Below, in pieces: positions 24,601 through 36,700 of a stretch of DNA of 64,000 nucleotides. The notes under the pieces are model-generated. The model was given only the letters and a program-made list of their open reading frames with translations, did not search any database and was not told the origin of the DNA. Source of the DNA: Tubulanus polymorphus (Eukaryota; Animalia; Nemertea). The stretch's first letter is position 1; every line of letters begins with the position of its first letter. The stretch spans positions 22,156,210-22,220,209 of the forward strand of contig NC_134030.1 in assembly GCF_964204645.1 (NCBI RefSeq), written 5' to 3'. The position numbers were made by a program, and so were the translations under genes.

Positions 24601-26950
24601 GTTAAACGTGCTTGCAACTGATTAAAATCCGATTAGAATGCCAGAAATTGGTTCAGTTTTGAGAAATATCCAATTAGAAATATTTGGTTAGTTTGTAGTC
24701 GTACAGTAGACTACGCCTAAATTGGTTGGGAGTTGGGACCTGAATTTGTTTCTACCTAATTAGGCGGTGACCTAATTAGAAACTGAGTTTAGCTAGTGAA
24801 AGGGTTAAAACATTGCTCACAAAACCACTGAATTACCGGTTTATCTTGATAAACAGATTTAAGAGTCTACTGGTATGCAAGTGATGTGGACACTTCCTTG
24901 AAATTTCTCCTCGAGAACTTTTATCTATGAACGACCGATCTGTAGGGAGCCTGTTTTTGCACGGGGGGAGGGTTTGAAATTCAAACTGTTTAAAAAGTTG
25001 AGCTTATTGATATCATGAATAGTTAGTAGCCAACAGTGATTAAATTAAAGACACGGTTTTGATTGTTTAAATTTGATTGACAGGTATGCCTCCATTGCCG
25101 CCTCCCCCTATGATGCCTCCGATGCCGATGCAGGTGCCGCACCCGATGTCATCGCACCAGCAGCAGCATGCGGTCGAAGACGAACCACCGACGAAGAAAG
25201 CTAAAACCGAGGACAGTCTGTTACCGGAGGAAGAGTTCCTCAGGAGATACAAGGTACTTTCGATTTCAACTGAAATCTTGCCACAATTGTGGAACTTTGT
25301 TCCCTGTCTCAAAACTGTGGAACTGGGTTCCCTGTCTCACAACTGTGGAACTGGGTTCCTTGTCTCATAACTGTGGAACTGGGTTCCCTGTCTCACAATT
25401 GTGGATATGGGTTCCTCGTCTCATAATTGTGGAACTAGGGGTTCCCTGTCTCACAACTGTAGAACTGGGGGTTCCCTGTCTCACAATTGTGGATATGGTT
25501 TCCTTGTCTCACAAATGTGGAAATGGGTTCCCTGTCTCACAATTTACTGGGACCAACAAAACTCATCAACTGGATCAAATTTCAAAGGAGCCGAATTTTA
25601 AGTAAATTTCTGCAAAACCAAGAAACTTGTGAGAAGTTAGTTGTTTATTATAAGTTTATGTTTTCCAGGCTCCAGTCACGTTTCAAGTGCAGATACCGAA
25701 CATGCCGGATAAGAGTGAATGGAAACTGACCGGTCAGATGTTAACGTTAACCCTTCCTCTTACTGATAATGTAAGTTTGAAAAAAATGCGTCTGTCGCAA
25801 CAAGCAAGGATCCACCAGGTGTCGCTTGTCGTAACTTCCGTGTTCTAAATTTCTTCTAGATTTTAATCAAAATTCAAATGAAATTATCTTCTGCATAAAA
25901 ACACAATTTGAGCGAAACAATGAACCAATCAAATATGCGAGGAGTTATTAGGAAAAGCCAAAGTTGCGTTTATGTAGTCCTATGAATCGGTCATTAATGA
26001 AGAAATGAATTTGATGTATATTTGTCGGGTCCTGTGATTAAAGTATGGATTCAGGAGGCTTGAAATTCAATATTTCAGGTGTCTGTTATCAAAGCTAAGT
26101 TGCACGAAGAGCTCGGAATGCCGGCCGGAAAACAGAAATTACAACACGACGTAAGTAACTTCCAGATTGGGAAACAAATTTGCGAATGTTCCTTCGTCTC
26201 GTACGGAGGGTATCAACACCTGGATTCAGGGAGGGGGTCGACCGGAAAATTGGAATCGGCACCTAATTTCGCAATGCAATGGCTGTAAGCACAAAACATG
26301 GATTGGGGTTGAACGAGAAGATACACAATATCCGTGTATGATGATGACGAGAGAAATCCCACAATAACGAAGCCAAAAATTCTATATCAGAATGATTGTA
26401 TTTGAGGAGCGACGTTTCGGCTAACAACTATTGTTGCTCCTCAAATATAATCATTCTGATATAGGATTTTTGGCTTCGTTATTGTGGGATTTCTCTCGTC
26501 ATGGATGGGGTTCGGGCGGTTTTCCAACAGAAAATATCAGATAAAAATGTTCTTTTCAGGCCCTTGTGAGGGCCTTTCTTGGATTTTTGATTCAATTGGC
26601 TGCACTGGTCGACGTCCCTAAATCCAATGGTGGTCGCGGGGGTCTGTGCCCCTGCCTTTTTCTTTAGGTCAGAAATTGCAAATTATACACCTATCTTTAA
26701 GGATTTACTACTTCAAAGTATATTTTAACACCAAGAGTTGGAGGAACCCAGCTAGTGGCCTTTGACATGGTTGATTTATCAGGCAAGAAAGGCCTTTTTT
26801 TTGTTCTGGATACCTGGTGTTTGTAGTTGATGTTTTCTCTATTTTCAGGGTTTGTTCATCAAAGATTCGAACACTCTCGCGTTCTATAATTTCACGCGCG
26901 GCGCGGTCGTTCAACTACAACTGAAAGAGCGCGGTGGACGAAAGAAATAA
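15641..26950 (+). CDS. SF3A1: Splicing factor 3A subunit 1. 17 exons: 15641-15749, 16806-16970, 17170-17192, 17534-17679, 18066-18225, 18411-18473, 18862-18952, 19379-19524, 20001-20102, 20693-20870, 21682-21956, 22443-22582, 23950-24251, 25084-25253, 25669-25770, 26079-26150, 26849-26950
   Basis: SURP1 (GIIYPPPEVRNIVDKTASFVARNGPEFE), SURP2 (VVKLTAQFVARNGRQFL), AYAQIDWHDFVVVETVDF, ERRTDIFG, a Pro-rich tract and a C-terminal ubiquitin-like domain ending LKERGGRKK*. All phases are consistent. Confidence 0.97.
15882..16080. mobile_element. Small inverted-repeat element with internal telomere-like CTAAAC/CTAACC repeats
   Basis: GATTCAAGAATAGGGGACTA at 15882-15901 and its exact reverse complement at 16061-16080; ctaaacctaaccctaaacctaacc inside. 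Confidence 0.7.
16500..16700 (+). mobile_element. Degenerate 3' end of a CR1/L2-type LINE
   Basis: tgtggaat...cagtttagacaacgtctaaaaacatatctg encodes WN...FRQRLKTYL, typical of CR1/L2 ORF2 C-termini. Confidence 0.4.
17704..18049 (+). repeat. Dispersed ~79-bp intronic satellite family (aaatccccctatgacatcatcaaattgtctactag...)
   Basis: Arrays here, at 20895-21050, inverted at 21092-21630 and 48987-49390, and at 55357-55528. Confidence 0.9.
19021..19276. mobile_element. hAT5-like MITE
   Basis: TIRs CAGGGTGCGATCTAAG / CTTAGATCGGACCCTG; flanks tcgac / ccgac (5-bp TSD with one mismatch); subterminal cccgggRcaagt repeats. Confidence 0.75.
22012..22403. repeat. 77-bp satellite (about 5 copies) in SF3A1 intron 11
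   Basis: Unit gtggatcctcacttgccacaagtggaatcctctattgccgcagtagttgatgtcctactgcacactagcgacacctg; same family as 52220-52921. Confidence 0.92.
23040..23256. repeat. ~62-bp tandem repeat containing TTAGGG units
   Basis: gattggctggctagggttatgatgtcatagctggtcaggtgacctagggttagggttagctgt, about 3.5 copies. Confidence 0.85.
24325..24601. mobile_element. piggyBac-like MITE
   Basis: TTAA|CCCTTTCATTGC ... GCACTGAAAGAG|TTAA. End fragments (tgaaagggttaa) also occur near 24797 and 32371. Confidence 0.75.
25283..25545. repeat. ~29-bp minisatellite with a MITE-TIR core
   Basis: aactgtggaactgggttccctgtctcaca, about 9 copies. Confidence 0.9.
26344..26502. repeat. Long near-perfect inverted repeat (~67-bp arms) in the last SF3A1 intron
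   Basis: atgacgagagaaatcccacaataacgaagccaaaaat...gaggagc / gctcctc...atttttggcttcgttattgtgggatttctctcgtcat. Confidence 0.9.
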
Positions 26951-29900
26951 TCAGTCTCTATCGAGGCCTGCGAGGACGAGGCCGGGCGGTCTCGTGTGAG
27001 GCCATCGCTGTGTAACCTTATCTGTACATGTTTATAAAAAATCAGCTTCATTTGAATATTGTAACGTTGATGCTAAAGCTAAAAATGAAATAGTCAATTC
27101 AGTGTTCTCTTCATGCTGGAATTTTAAAGGGGCTTCATTCATTAAGTGTATTACATTGTGGCTGAAGTAGCAAGTCTTTTGTTCCCCCCAAAAATACAGA
27201 AATCTAAGCTTTAGTTTTTGTTGTAATCATCTTCTATTCGTCTAATTTGTTCAATGTATTTCAAAGCAATTATGAGCATTGATAGAATATTGACATCCAC
27301 TCTGGTTTGGGCAGCAGATATTCTATAAGGGGTGGTTGATTTTCAGAGGGGTTGATGTAAAAATGAAGAGAATACCGATCTTAAACTCTATTATTCTACT
27401 ATGGGTCCTGCTTATAACTAGATTATATGATGTTTACTTTCATTATTTTCGCTTATGGTAACTTTTTTGCCGATACCCAAGAAAAAGTGATTGTTGCGTT
27501 TGGTTCAAATCGTGTTTTGTTCCTAGAGGATTGATTCTGTAATTGGAAAGAAATCATGGAATAAATATCTACGCAGTAAAATAGATTAAATTTCGTTTCT
27601 CGTTATTTCATTTCTTTTTCGGGATTTTATCTCTTTATTTCCTACAGCTCTTATAGTTCGGAGCATTTTGGGATTGATTTCTCACTGTAGGGAAAATGGG
27701 GAAATTTCAAAATGAACAAATTGCTTGATATCCACGCTAATTAATTGATAAGTGAGTTTTTGCTAAGGAGCATAAAATATTTACTCATGAAAATAAAGAA
27801 ACATCTCTTAAAATTTTAGACTGGTTCATAGTGTCATGTTATACCTGATATGGGCGCTACAGTGGTCCGTATTGTGCTACATAGTCCGGTGATAAAAATG
27901 TAATATTATTTTAGTTCACAGAAATTCCGCTATCGTCATTCATAGGGGCAGCACTGAACGGTTGAGATGTAACACAGCCTCGCTATTTTACTGTGGCATG
28001 TGAGGAATATACATATTTTTCGTTATTGAAATATCATCTATCACTCGACTGTAGTTTATTGAAATAAACAATATCATCACTTTGAAAGCTTTATTTAAGG
28101 AAGAAATGCATTTTAAAATGATTTTCAAGCCACATTTATGAGTACTATTTGCTCTCAGCGCATGTATTAACACGCAGTAAAGAGACGGACTAACATGCCA
28201 CAGGAATAATTTTTAACTAATTAAATTTAATTAGTAAAATTCTATCAGAAACATAATTAATGATATTACAGTTAGTAAATATTCCATACTATGTCGTGAA
28301 ATCGCCAGCTCCGACCCTCTGAACGGGATGAGCGAGTTCTAAATTCGAGACTGGAAAAGATCTAGCGGGTTTCAAGCTTTTTTCGTGCAGTCTCTAAGCT
28401 AGGCCGTATTATTCTAGTAAAAAGTCTCGAAAAATCTTAATTTTGACAACGGTAAATCATTGTTCGATCTTCTGGGACGGCTCGGGATCCATTTTTAATC
28501 CAAAAGTTCCATTTTCAACTGGAATTTTGACCACGTCGTTTCCCACGATGCCGATTCCATCCAGTTATTTGCCCTCAAATGGAGTAGTATTCATCAAAAT
28601 GTTCGCAATTTCGAGTTCATTGAAGCGTATGCACGCACGGGTGACAATACGCGTTTTTATGGTTTGTTTACAAACAACAACAATTCTTGACATATGCGCA
28701 ACACGTGCATTAGCATTATTTATGAAATCTCGTCGAACATCGCGAGATCTCGTCTCTGACCTAGTTAATGAATGGGGCTGCTGCTCAAGATTGACAGTTC
28801 GTTCAAATTATCAGTCAATATTCCACGTCGAAAATACGACCGAAAACGATGCCGATTCGGGATTAAACTTCGCCGACATCTAGCTGAGATATATGTAAGT
28901 AGATTGGGTTTTGTTGCGCGAGTTGTAATCGTTTTGAATAGAAATTTCCAGTGATTACACGACGAGCTAGTGCGAGCGAGGATTACACGCGAACCCGCTA
29001 GATAGAGAGCTGCTCCGACAGATCAATACAGCGAAGTGTCTTACAGTGTGTTGCGCAGTTTAAACTTCTATTACGATGTCACGTCCGAATTCGAATGGCA
29101 TTCGGTTTAAATGGTTTAAATACCTTCTCGCTATCGAAATATCGTAAATACGCGATTTTTAATCGCATTTTTGAGTCGAATCGAAGCGAGCCGCTGTTAC
29201 TGTCGGGATTGCACAGAATGACCTACATCGCGAGCTCTGGCACTGCTGGGGTATGTCTGGTACTGTTAAGAACGTCATGCCAATTAGTTGGCAGTTTTTG
29301 ATAATAAGAAACGTAATTACGCGCAATTGTTATTAAATATCCAATGATGGAATTTTGCTCGAATTGTGTGAATAATCGCGAATTTTGACCTGAGAAATGA
29401 CCTACATATTGTGTCAATTTTACGGTATGTCTGGTGTAGTAGGCAGTGCTTAATGTTGTTCCAGATATGTTAATGCTGTTTACAGCGCTGGTGCCGTCGT
29501 GTTTGTCCTTGGCGTTGAAGTAATAGTGTGTACACTGCCTTTTGCGTAATCGATGTTTCAAATGTCAAATTGAAATTTACCCCATGAAGATGAAAAGAAA
29601 ATTGGTACACAAAGTTCATTCCAAATACGTTATATAATTATGGAAATGTCATGAATGGAGTCACATTTTTCAAGGCAAAAACTCTAACTATAGGCAAAAG
29701 AGTGCATTTGTACTTTAAATCTTTCCAGTAAAATTGTTCGTCAGGAGTTAACTCCAAAGTAGGATTGGAAAATTATCTAAATGCTTCAATCAATAATGAA
29801 GATGATATTAAAATTCAAGGTGGAATCTAAAATAGAAAAATTGGAAAAAAGTGAACAAATTTTTTTACAGAAATTTTAGAAAATTCCTCTACAATTTGTC

Positions 29901-30197
29901 TTACTCATTATCAAAATTAATATTGAGTTTCGAATCTGTCAGGTCCAGGCGTCTTTTATGGAAAATTAAGAAAAAAAGTTGGACTTGTTGTGTCATGTTG
30001 AAGAAGACAGTATCAAAATGACTTTGTAAATTGAATTAGAAATACAAATTGGGCCTTAGAGAAAACCAGTAACCTGCAATTAGGCCTTCTCGGATGAAAA
30101 CACACTCAGCAAATTGAATTGCAAGCTATATCTTCAGATGGTGCTTGAAACAGAATATGGTATCCTAGAATCCGTTAATATGACAAATATTTTTTCA

Positions 30198-30605
30198 CCA
30201 GTCTAAGCTACCTCAGTTGTGTATAGCCATTCTAACAAGATAAAACCAGTCTAAGCTCGTTAATTGGTTCTTTAGCCAATCTTGAAGTACTCCAAGAGCC
30301 AATCTTCAGACCAGTCTAAGTTCATTTTAGGTCTGTAGCCAATCTAACAACTTAAGACCAGTCTTAAGCTTGTTTTAGTTCGATAGCCAATCTAACAACT
30401 TAAGACCAATCTAAGCTCATTTTAGTTCTGTAGCCAATCTAACAACTTTCAGACCAGTCTAAGCTCATTCTGGTTCTAAAACCAATCTAACAACTTTCAG
30501 ACCAGTCTAAGCTCATTTTAGTTGGGGGCTGGTTGCATAGTCATGGCTTTGACTTAAGACCAGTCTTAGACCAACTTAGTTCTATAGCCAATCTAACAGC
30601 TTAAG
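30198..30605. repeat. ~45-bp CCAAT-containing tandem repeat just upstream of the BBX start exon
   Basis: agccaatctaacaacttaagaccagtctaagctc, about 8 copies. Confidence 0.8.
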
Positions 30606-30797
30606 ATATATATTTTGAGAAGTGCTAGTCGAAAAAAAACGTATCAATTTTGAACTGATGTCTTCACCTGAATCCAGATCAGCCCCAAATGATTAATGCA
30701 ATTTGATCGTAGATTTTTTTGGCAGTTCACAAAATGTCAAATTGACAAAAAATACTCAATAATGAAATGAATGATTTGGAAAATGTTGTTTATAGAA

Positions 30798-33700
30798 ATG
30801 GAGTCGGAGGAGATATCACCGACCGGGGCGCCGACGTCCGGGACCCCACAAACGACCGTCAAACGACCGATGAACGCGTTTTTAATATTCTGTAAACGTC
30901 ATCGCGGGATGGTACGAGACAGGAACCCGAATTTAGACAACCGTAGCGTAACGCGTATTCTCGGAGAATGGTGGGCTAACCTTGACCCTAACGAGAAATC
31001 TATCTACGTCGATTTAGCAAAACAGGTTCGTTTAATTGTAGTACAAGAAATATTCACTGGGTCCGGTTACAAAGCCTGCTCCACAGTTTTTCACCTAGTT
31101 CCACACTTCTGGATCCAGTTCCACAGTTGCGTACCAAGTTCTACAGGACCCAGTTCCACAGATCTGAACCCAGTTCCACAGTTCTGAACCCAGTTCCACA
31201 GTTCTGAATCCAGTTCCGCAGTTCTGTATCTAGTTCCACAGTTCTGAACCCAGTACCACAGTTCTGCACTCAGTTCCACAGTTCTGTATCTAGTTCCACA
31301 GTTATGGACCCAGTTCCACAGTTCTGTATCTAGTTCCACAGTTCTGGACCAAGTTCTACAGTCTGTTGATTTGGGGATGCATTTGAATTTAAAAAGTAAA
31401 TATGTTTTATTTTATATTTATTTATGTCTGTAGTATAAAGACGCCTTTATGAAAGCGAATCCAGATTTTCGTTGGTACAGCGACAAATTCCATACTTCAA
31501 CGCCATCTACAACTACTAAACCATCAACTGCCACCAGGGGGCCATTGGCTGTGGCTCAGCCCGGCGGGGCTCCATCTACTGGGGCTACTAGACAAACTGC
31601 CAAACTGTCATCAGCTGCGAAAACCGAACCGGAAATCATCCAAACTGCTGGTAGGCTGTCCAATTTGAAATTTTGTGAATTTTGCGAATATCTTTTTTTT
31701 TCGCAAATTTCCTCTTCACAAATTTGTTGAATTTCTTATTTTCACAAATTATCCTTTTTCGTGTATTTCTAATTTTTGTGAATTTTCCCTTTTTTGTGAA
31801 TTTCATTCGCCCTTTTTTTCGCGAATTTCCTCTTCACACATTTTGTGAATTTCTTATTTTCGTGAATTATCCTTTTTTCGTGAATTTCTAATTTTTGTGA
31901 ATTTTCCTTTTTTCGTGAATTTCTAATTTTCGCGAATTTCCAAATTTCGTGAATTTCTTATGTCCGTCATATTTCCTTTCTTTTCACGAATTTTCCCTGA
32001 TCATGAATTACTTATTTTCCCGTTTTCTATTCATGAATTTCTAGTCAATGAATTTGATTTTTTAAAGATGGCGGAGGATTGAATATGTTGTGGGCAGCGG
32101 CCGCGTCTCAAGCGGCGACCGCTGTTAGCCCGACCGATAAACAACAATCGCCGCGCACGGCAACGGCAACAATGTATTCGGAAATTAAACGAGCTTTAGA
32201 ACGGTCTTCGACGGCGACCGCTAATGTTACGGCTGCTTCATTGAAAACAGATGGCAGCACTGCTCTATTCGAGCTTGCACAGGTAACAGGCTCCTTATGA
32301 CACCTTGATTCTTTAAAAACTCCTCCTAAACAATTTGGTTTTATCTAAATAATTAGGTATTAGTCAGCACTGAAAGGGTTAATGATCGAAATTGTAACTA
32401 ATCATAATTTTATTGAAGTTTCATTGAAGTCATTAAAGACTATTTTGTTTACGTTGTAGATGTGTTCAAGTCAAATACCGCGTGACTCCAGACCGAGTTC
32501 AACGACTTCCTCGACGTCCGACCCAGCGCCGTCGATGACTCCAGCGCCGCCGATGACTCCTGCAGTCACGCAGAGTAATCAGCTACTGCGCCAAACGCTA
32601 GCGAACGCTCCGACCGACCGCGCGGAGCACTCCTACCTGCGCGATCGCGCGGAGCACTCCTACCAACGCGACATCGCGTCGCAGGTCCTGAACACCCTCT
32701 ACGGCGCCGACAAATTCCGCAAGCATCTGATCAGCGGTTCGCCACGCGGTGGCGCCATCTACAGCGCGACGACACCCGCCGTGTCCGCGTTAACCAATCA
32801 AACGCATTCGGTGACGAAAGTTTCGCAATCGGTTTCGAATTCGTATTTGACTTATATTGATTCGCTGATTCAGAAGGCGTATTCCTCGTGCTCCGAGCTA
32901 CCCGCCGTTAAACAACACCACCAGAGGGAGCCGGTGACGATAATAGCGACGGAACCGGTGCGCGTCGTCGACGTAACCAGTCCGACGACGACTACGCATT
33001 CCGGGGAATTAGTCCAGTTAGTATCGAACGTCTCAAATCAGCCGATCGCGTCGATAGATGGCGCCAACACCGCGATGAACAAACATGCGATTCTCGATCG
33101 AACCGCCCCCTACAGGCGGAGCAATAAACCGATCGATTGTTCAAAGACGAGTGTAAATGACGACGAAGTATTTCTGTTGTGCGGTGAACGCGTCGATTTC
33201 GAAAAGTTAGACGCTCCGCCGCGTTCCGAGGCGGCGCCATCTGGTGTCGGTCGCGCGAAATCGGACAGCGAGGCAGCGGTGTCGTGTACGCGCATGTGGA
33301 AGAAGGAGATGATGCGTCGCGCGTTCTCGACAAACGTTTGCCGCGGAGACAAAACCGACGATCGTTCGGACGCGGCGGTCGATTTATCGGTGAACACCGC
33401 TGCCAGCGCCACCTGCACCGCGGCGAGAATCGAAACGCACATTGGGAAACGCGAATCGCAGGAGGAGATTCACGAGCAGACGATCGAGGGGAATTGCGAG
33501 GTGAAGCAGACGCAGAATATTGAGGAGCAGATGCAGAATCGAAACGAGCTGCAGATGGAGCTTTGCCAGGAGCAGACGACGCTGAATCGTGAGGAGCAGA
33601 CAATGAGTTGTGAGGAGCAGACGCTGAATCATGGGGAGCAGACGCTGAATCGTGAGGAGCAGACAATGAATCATGGGGAGCAGACAATGAGTTGTGAGGA

Positions 33701-36700
33701 GCAGACGTTGATTCGTGAGGAACAGATGGACGTCGGACCAGCCACCGCCGCCGAAGACGAGGAATTCGAATTCGTTCGTAAATCGAAACGTTCGAATCGC
33801 GGCAGACGCTACATGGAGCTGATCTCTCAAGGTTACATCCATCGGCCGAGAGGTGAACGCACTTTAACGAACGCCAAACGATCGACGAGGTACGTCTGTC
33901 GGGGACCGTTCATCAATTAACGGTCGTTTGTGTAGCATGTCTGGGGACCATTTCAGAAATTGAAATCTTGAATTGAGGAAGCATTTGATGGGCCTTGACC
34001 AGGAAAATCTAGAAAACATGGAAATTATAGGGAAATTTGACATATTTCGGCAAAATTCAGGGAATCTGACGAATGTAGCAAAAACTGGAAACGATACTGG
34101 AAACCCTGCTATCAACAACGTGTTTCTTTATCATGAATTTTAAATGAATAAATGGTAACATTTTAAACCAAGGAATTTCTCCATTCACCTGCTGCAGTTT
34201 CACTCGGATAACTTGGAAAACTCAGGGAATTTGTAAATAGGGGGGAGAGCGGTGGAGGGGGTGGCCCCCATGTTTGAGAAAATGAGTATAATATAGTGTA
34301 GTATAGTAGATATTGTTTGGGGGGAGGAGGGGGAAAATTAATCCTTGCATCATATACTGAACTTTTTCTCTCAAAAAATTTCAGCGTGGATCTCGAGGAG
34401 CCTCAGGTCGCCGCCGCTGTTTCTGTGAAACCAGTTTTAAAACGCTCGAACTCCGGGACGTCGAAATCTCCGGCCGCGACTGATAAACCCGACGTGTCGA
34501 CCGCGCCGAAAAAACCGAAACCTTCAACGATGTAAGTAGAATTCAATCCAGCACGGTTCAGTTTTATAACGACGGAGGCCTATAGATAGATGTCTGTGCT
34601 TGAAAAATTGTGGAAAAGTTCTAAAATGTGTGAAAAGTTCTAGAAAATTTTAAACCTCGAAATTTCTCAGAATCACCGGGGGGGGGGGGATATCGTGTAA
34701 TCACGTGGAAAAACTGGGGAAAACTCTCACAATTTTTAAATGGGTTGAAAGTGGCTTCTCTGGAAATTGGATCCTGAACTTTTTTATCTGATTATATATC
34801 TCTTTTCTGTTATATATATTTCGTAAATCTGTTACAATTATCAAAGAAATAAAGTTAATCATTAAATGATTAAATTAAAACTGGTGCACCTGGAACCAGA
34901 ACTGGTTATTCTGAAAGAGTGATAATTATCTCTGTATTAATTTTTTGCGCGCAGTGATTTCGATTTGGAAGCGCACATCGCCGAGCTGCCCGCCTGTTCG
35001 ATGGATCGTCTGACCTCGTGCAAGAAAACGAAAACGAACCAGCGCAGACGCACGCAGAGCGAATCGAAAAAACCAACTGAAAACAAAATGGACGTCGACG
35101 TCACGATAGCTGGTGAGTTGATTGGTCAGAAATTTCAGATTTTGTACCATCTTTCAATAGAGATTTTAATTAATTTACATTTATATGGATACACCACATT
35201 GAAGTGCAAGTGCAATATAAGATTGGTAGATTATACACTGTAATTATTAATTACAGTCAACCCCTGATGTACCACATCAGTGCAGAACTATTTTGGTGGT
35301 ATAGAGAGTATGGTTGTATATCGGGGGTGTTTTACTATGTATTTGTACAGAGATGTACATTGTGAAAAGTTGGCGGTAGGCGGTATATGGGAGGGCGGTA
35401 TATGGGGGTTGACTGTAGTTAGAATCTCTATTCAAAGATGGCAGCACCTGTCACACTTCAAATATTAGGGAGTAATGATCTACTGCACTGTGGAGTAGAT
35501 GCAATAAAGATGTAAATCATTAATACATCGCACGGCTGGGTAATGGCAATTTACAGTATTTACTCCATCATGCGGTGTATAATCCACCCATCCTATATTG
35601 TGTCTATCCTGTGGTACAGTTTTTATCCGTGAAAAATGGCAAACTTTAAAAAAAAAGATTTCAATTTTTGATTTTCTCAGAAGTGATGCCGACGCCGCTG
35701 TTGAAGTCATCGAGCGCGCCGACCACGCCGGTCGAAACCGGTATCGCGCTTAAACTCGCGCCGGTCGTCGGCAGTCAAAAACGGAAAATTCGCCGCACCA
35801 GAATTATGCATTTAGTACCGCACAGTCCGAACAGTCGGTTTAAAGGTACAGTCGAAAAAATTTTATAAGCTTTTTAACTTAGAACGGGTTTCAATTGTGA
35901 CAGATAGCAACTAAACCAGGGTCCCTACGACTCCTTGATTCCTTAAAAACTCCTTTAAAACTCCTTCAATTTTTAGAAAAAGGCAATTAGAAATGTTTGT
36001 GTTGTACTGTTACCTATGCCTAAATTAGCACAGTTAGGACCAGGATTTTTTTTACCCAATTGCGGCTACCAAATAATAAAGGATAGGAATTCGTTTGCAA
36101 AACCACTTAATTAACAGTATACCCAGACAAACAGTACTGATTTAGGAGGAGCCTACAGTAATTTGGATATGAAAGTGATTCTTGTGCTTCCTCAAAATGT
36201 GAAATTTTTGCGGTCGGGCTGCGTTTTGACGACACAAACTAATCTTTCATTTATGTAGAATAAACCAGTTCGTAGTCGGGCGTGAACTAAAGATAATACT
36301 TGGATTGTTAAAACCTTGTATATACTAACTGAAAAAGAAAAATCAAATTCGTTTATCAGGAATTAAAATCTGAAGGTTAAAGACATAAAGTTTCTGGACC
36401 TTGTTCCACTCTTGAGTTAAGATTTCACTCAGAGTTAACTCATTGAAAATGAATTGATTTTAACTCAAGAGTTAACTCTTAACTCAGAACTGTGGAACTG
36501 GATCCTGCACTCTCACTGAACCACCATCCGGTGTGCCTTCATTTTGCCCATGATCCATCGAAAAGTAATTAGACTATATTATATCTTATGGTAGATTTAA
36601 GTCTCAACATTTTGTTTTTTTTGTTTTCAGTCCCGGCGCACTGGTTGGAGGAATGCGACGAGAACAAAGCAAAAATCAATGAACTGCTTCCGATCAAACA

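Noticed and set aside
28443-28883. 146-aa ORF
   Set aside because: It has no ATG start or recognisable motif; the region looks like the BBX promoter and 5'UTR exon (donor gtaagt at about 28895).
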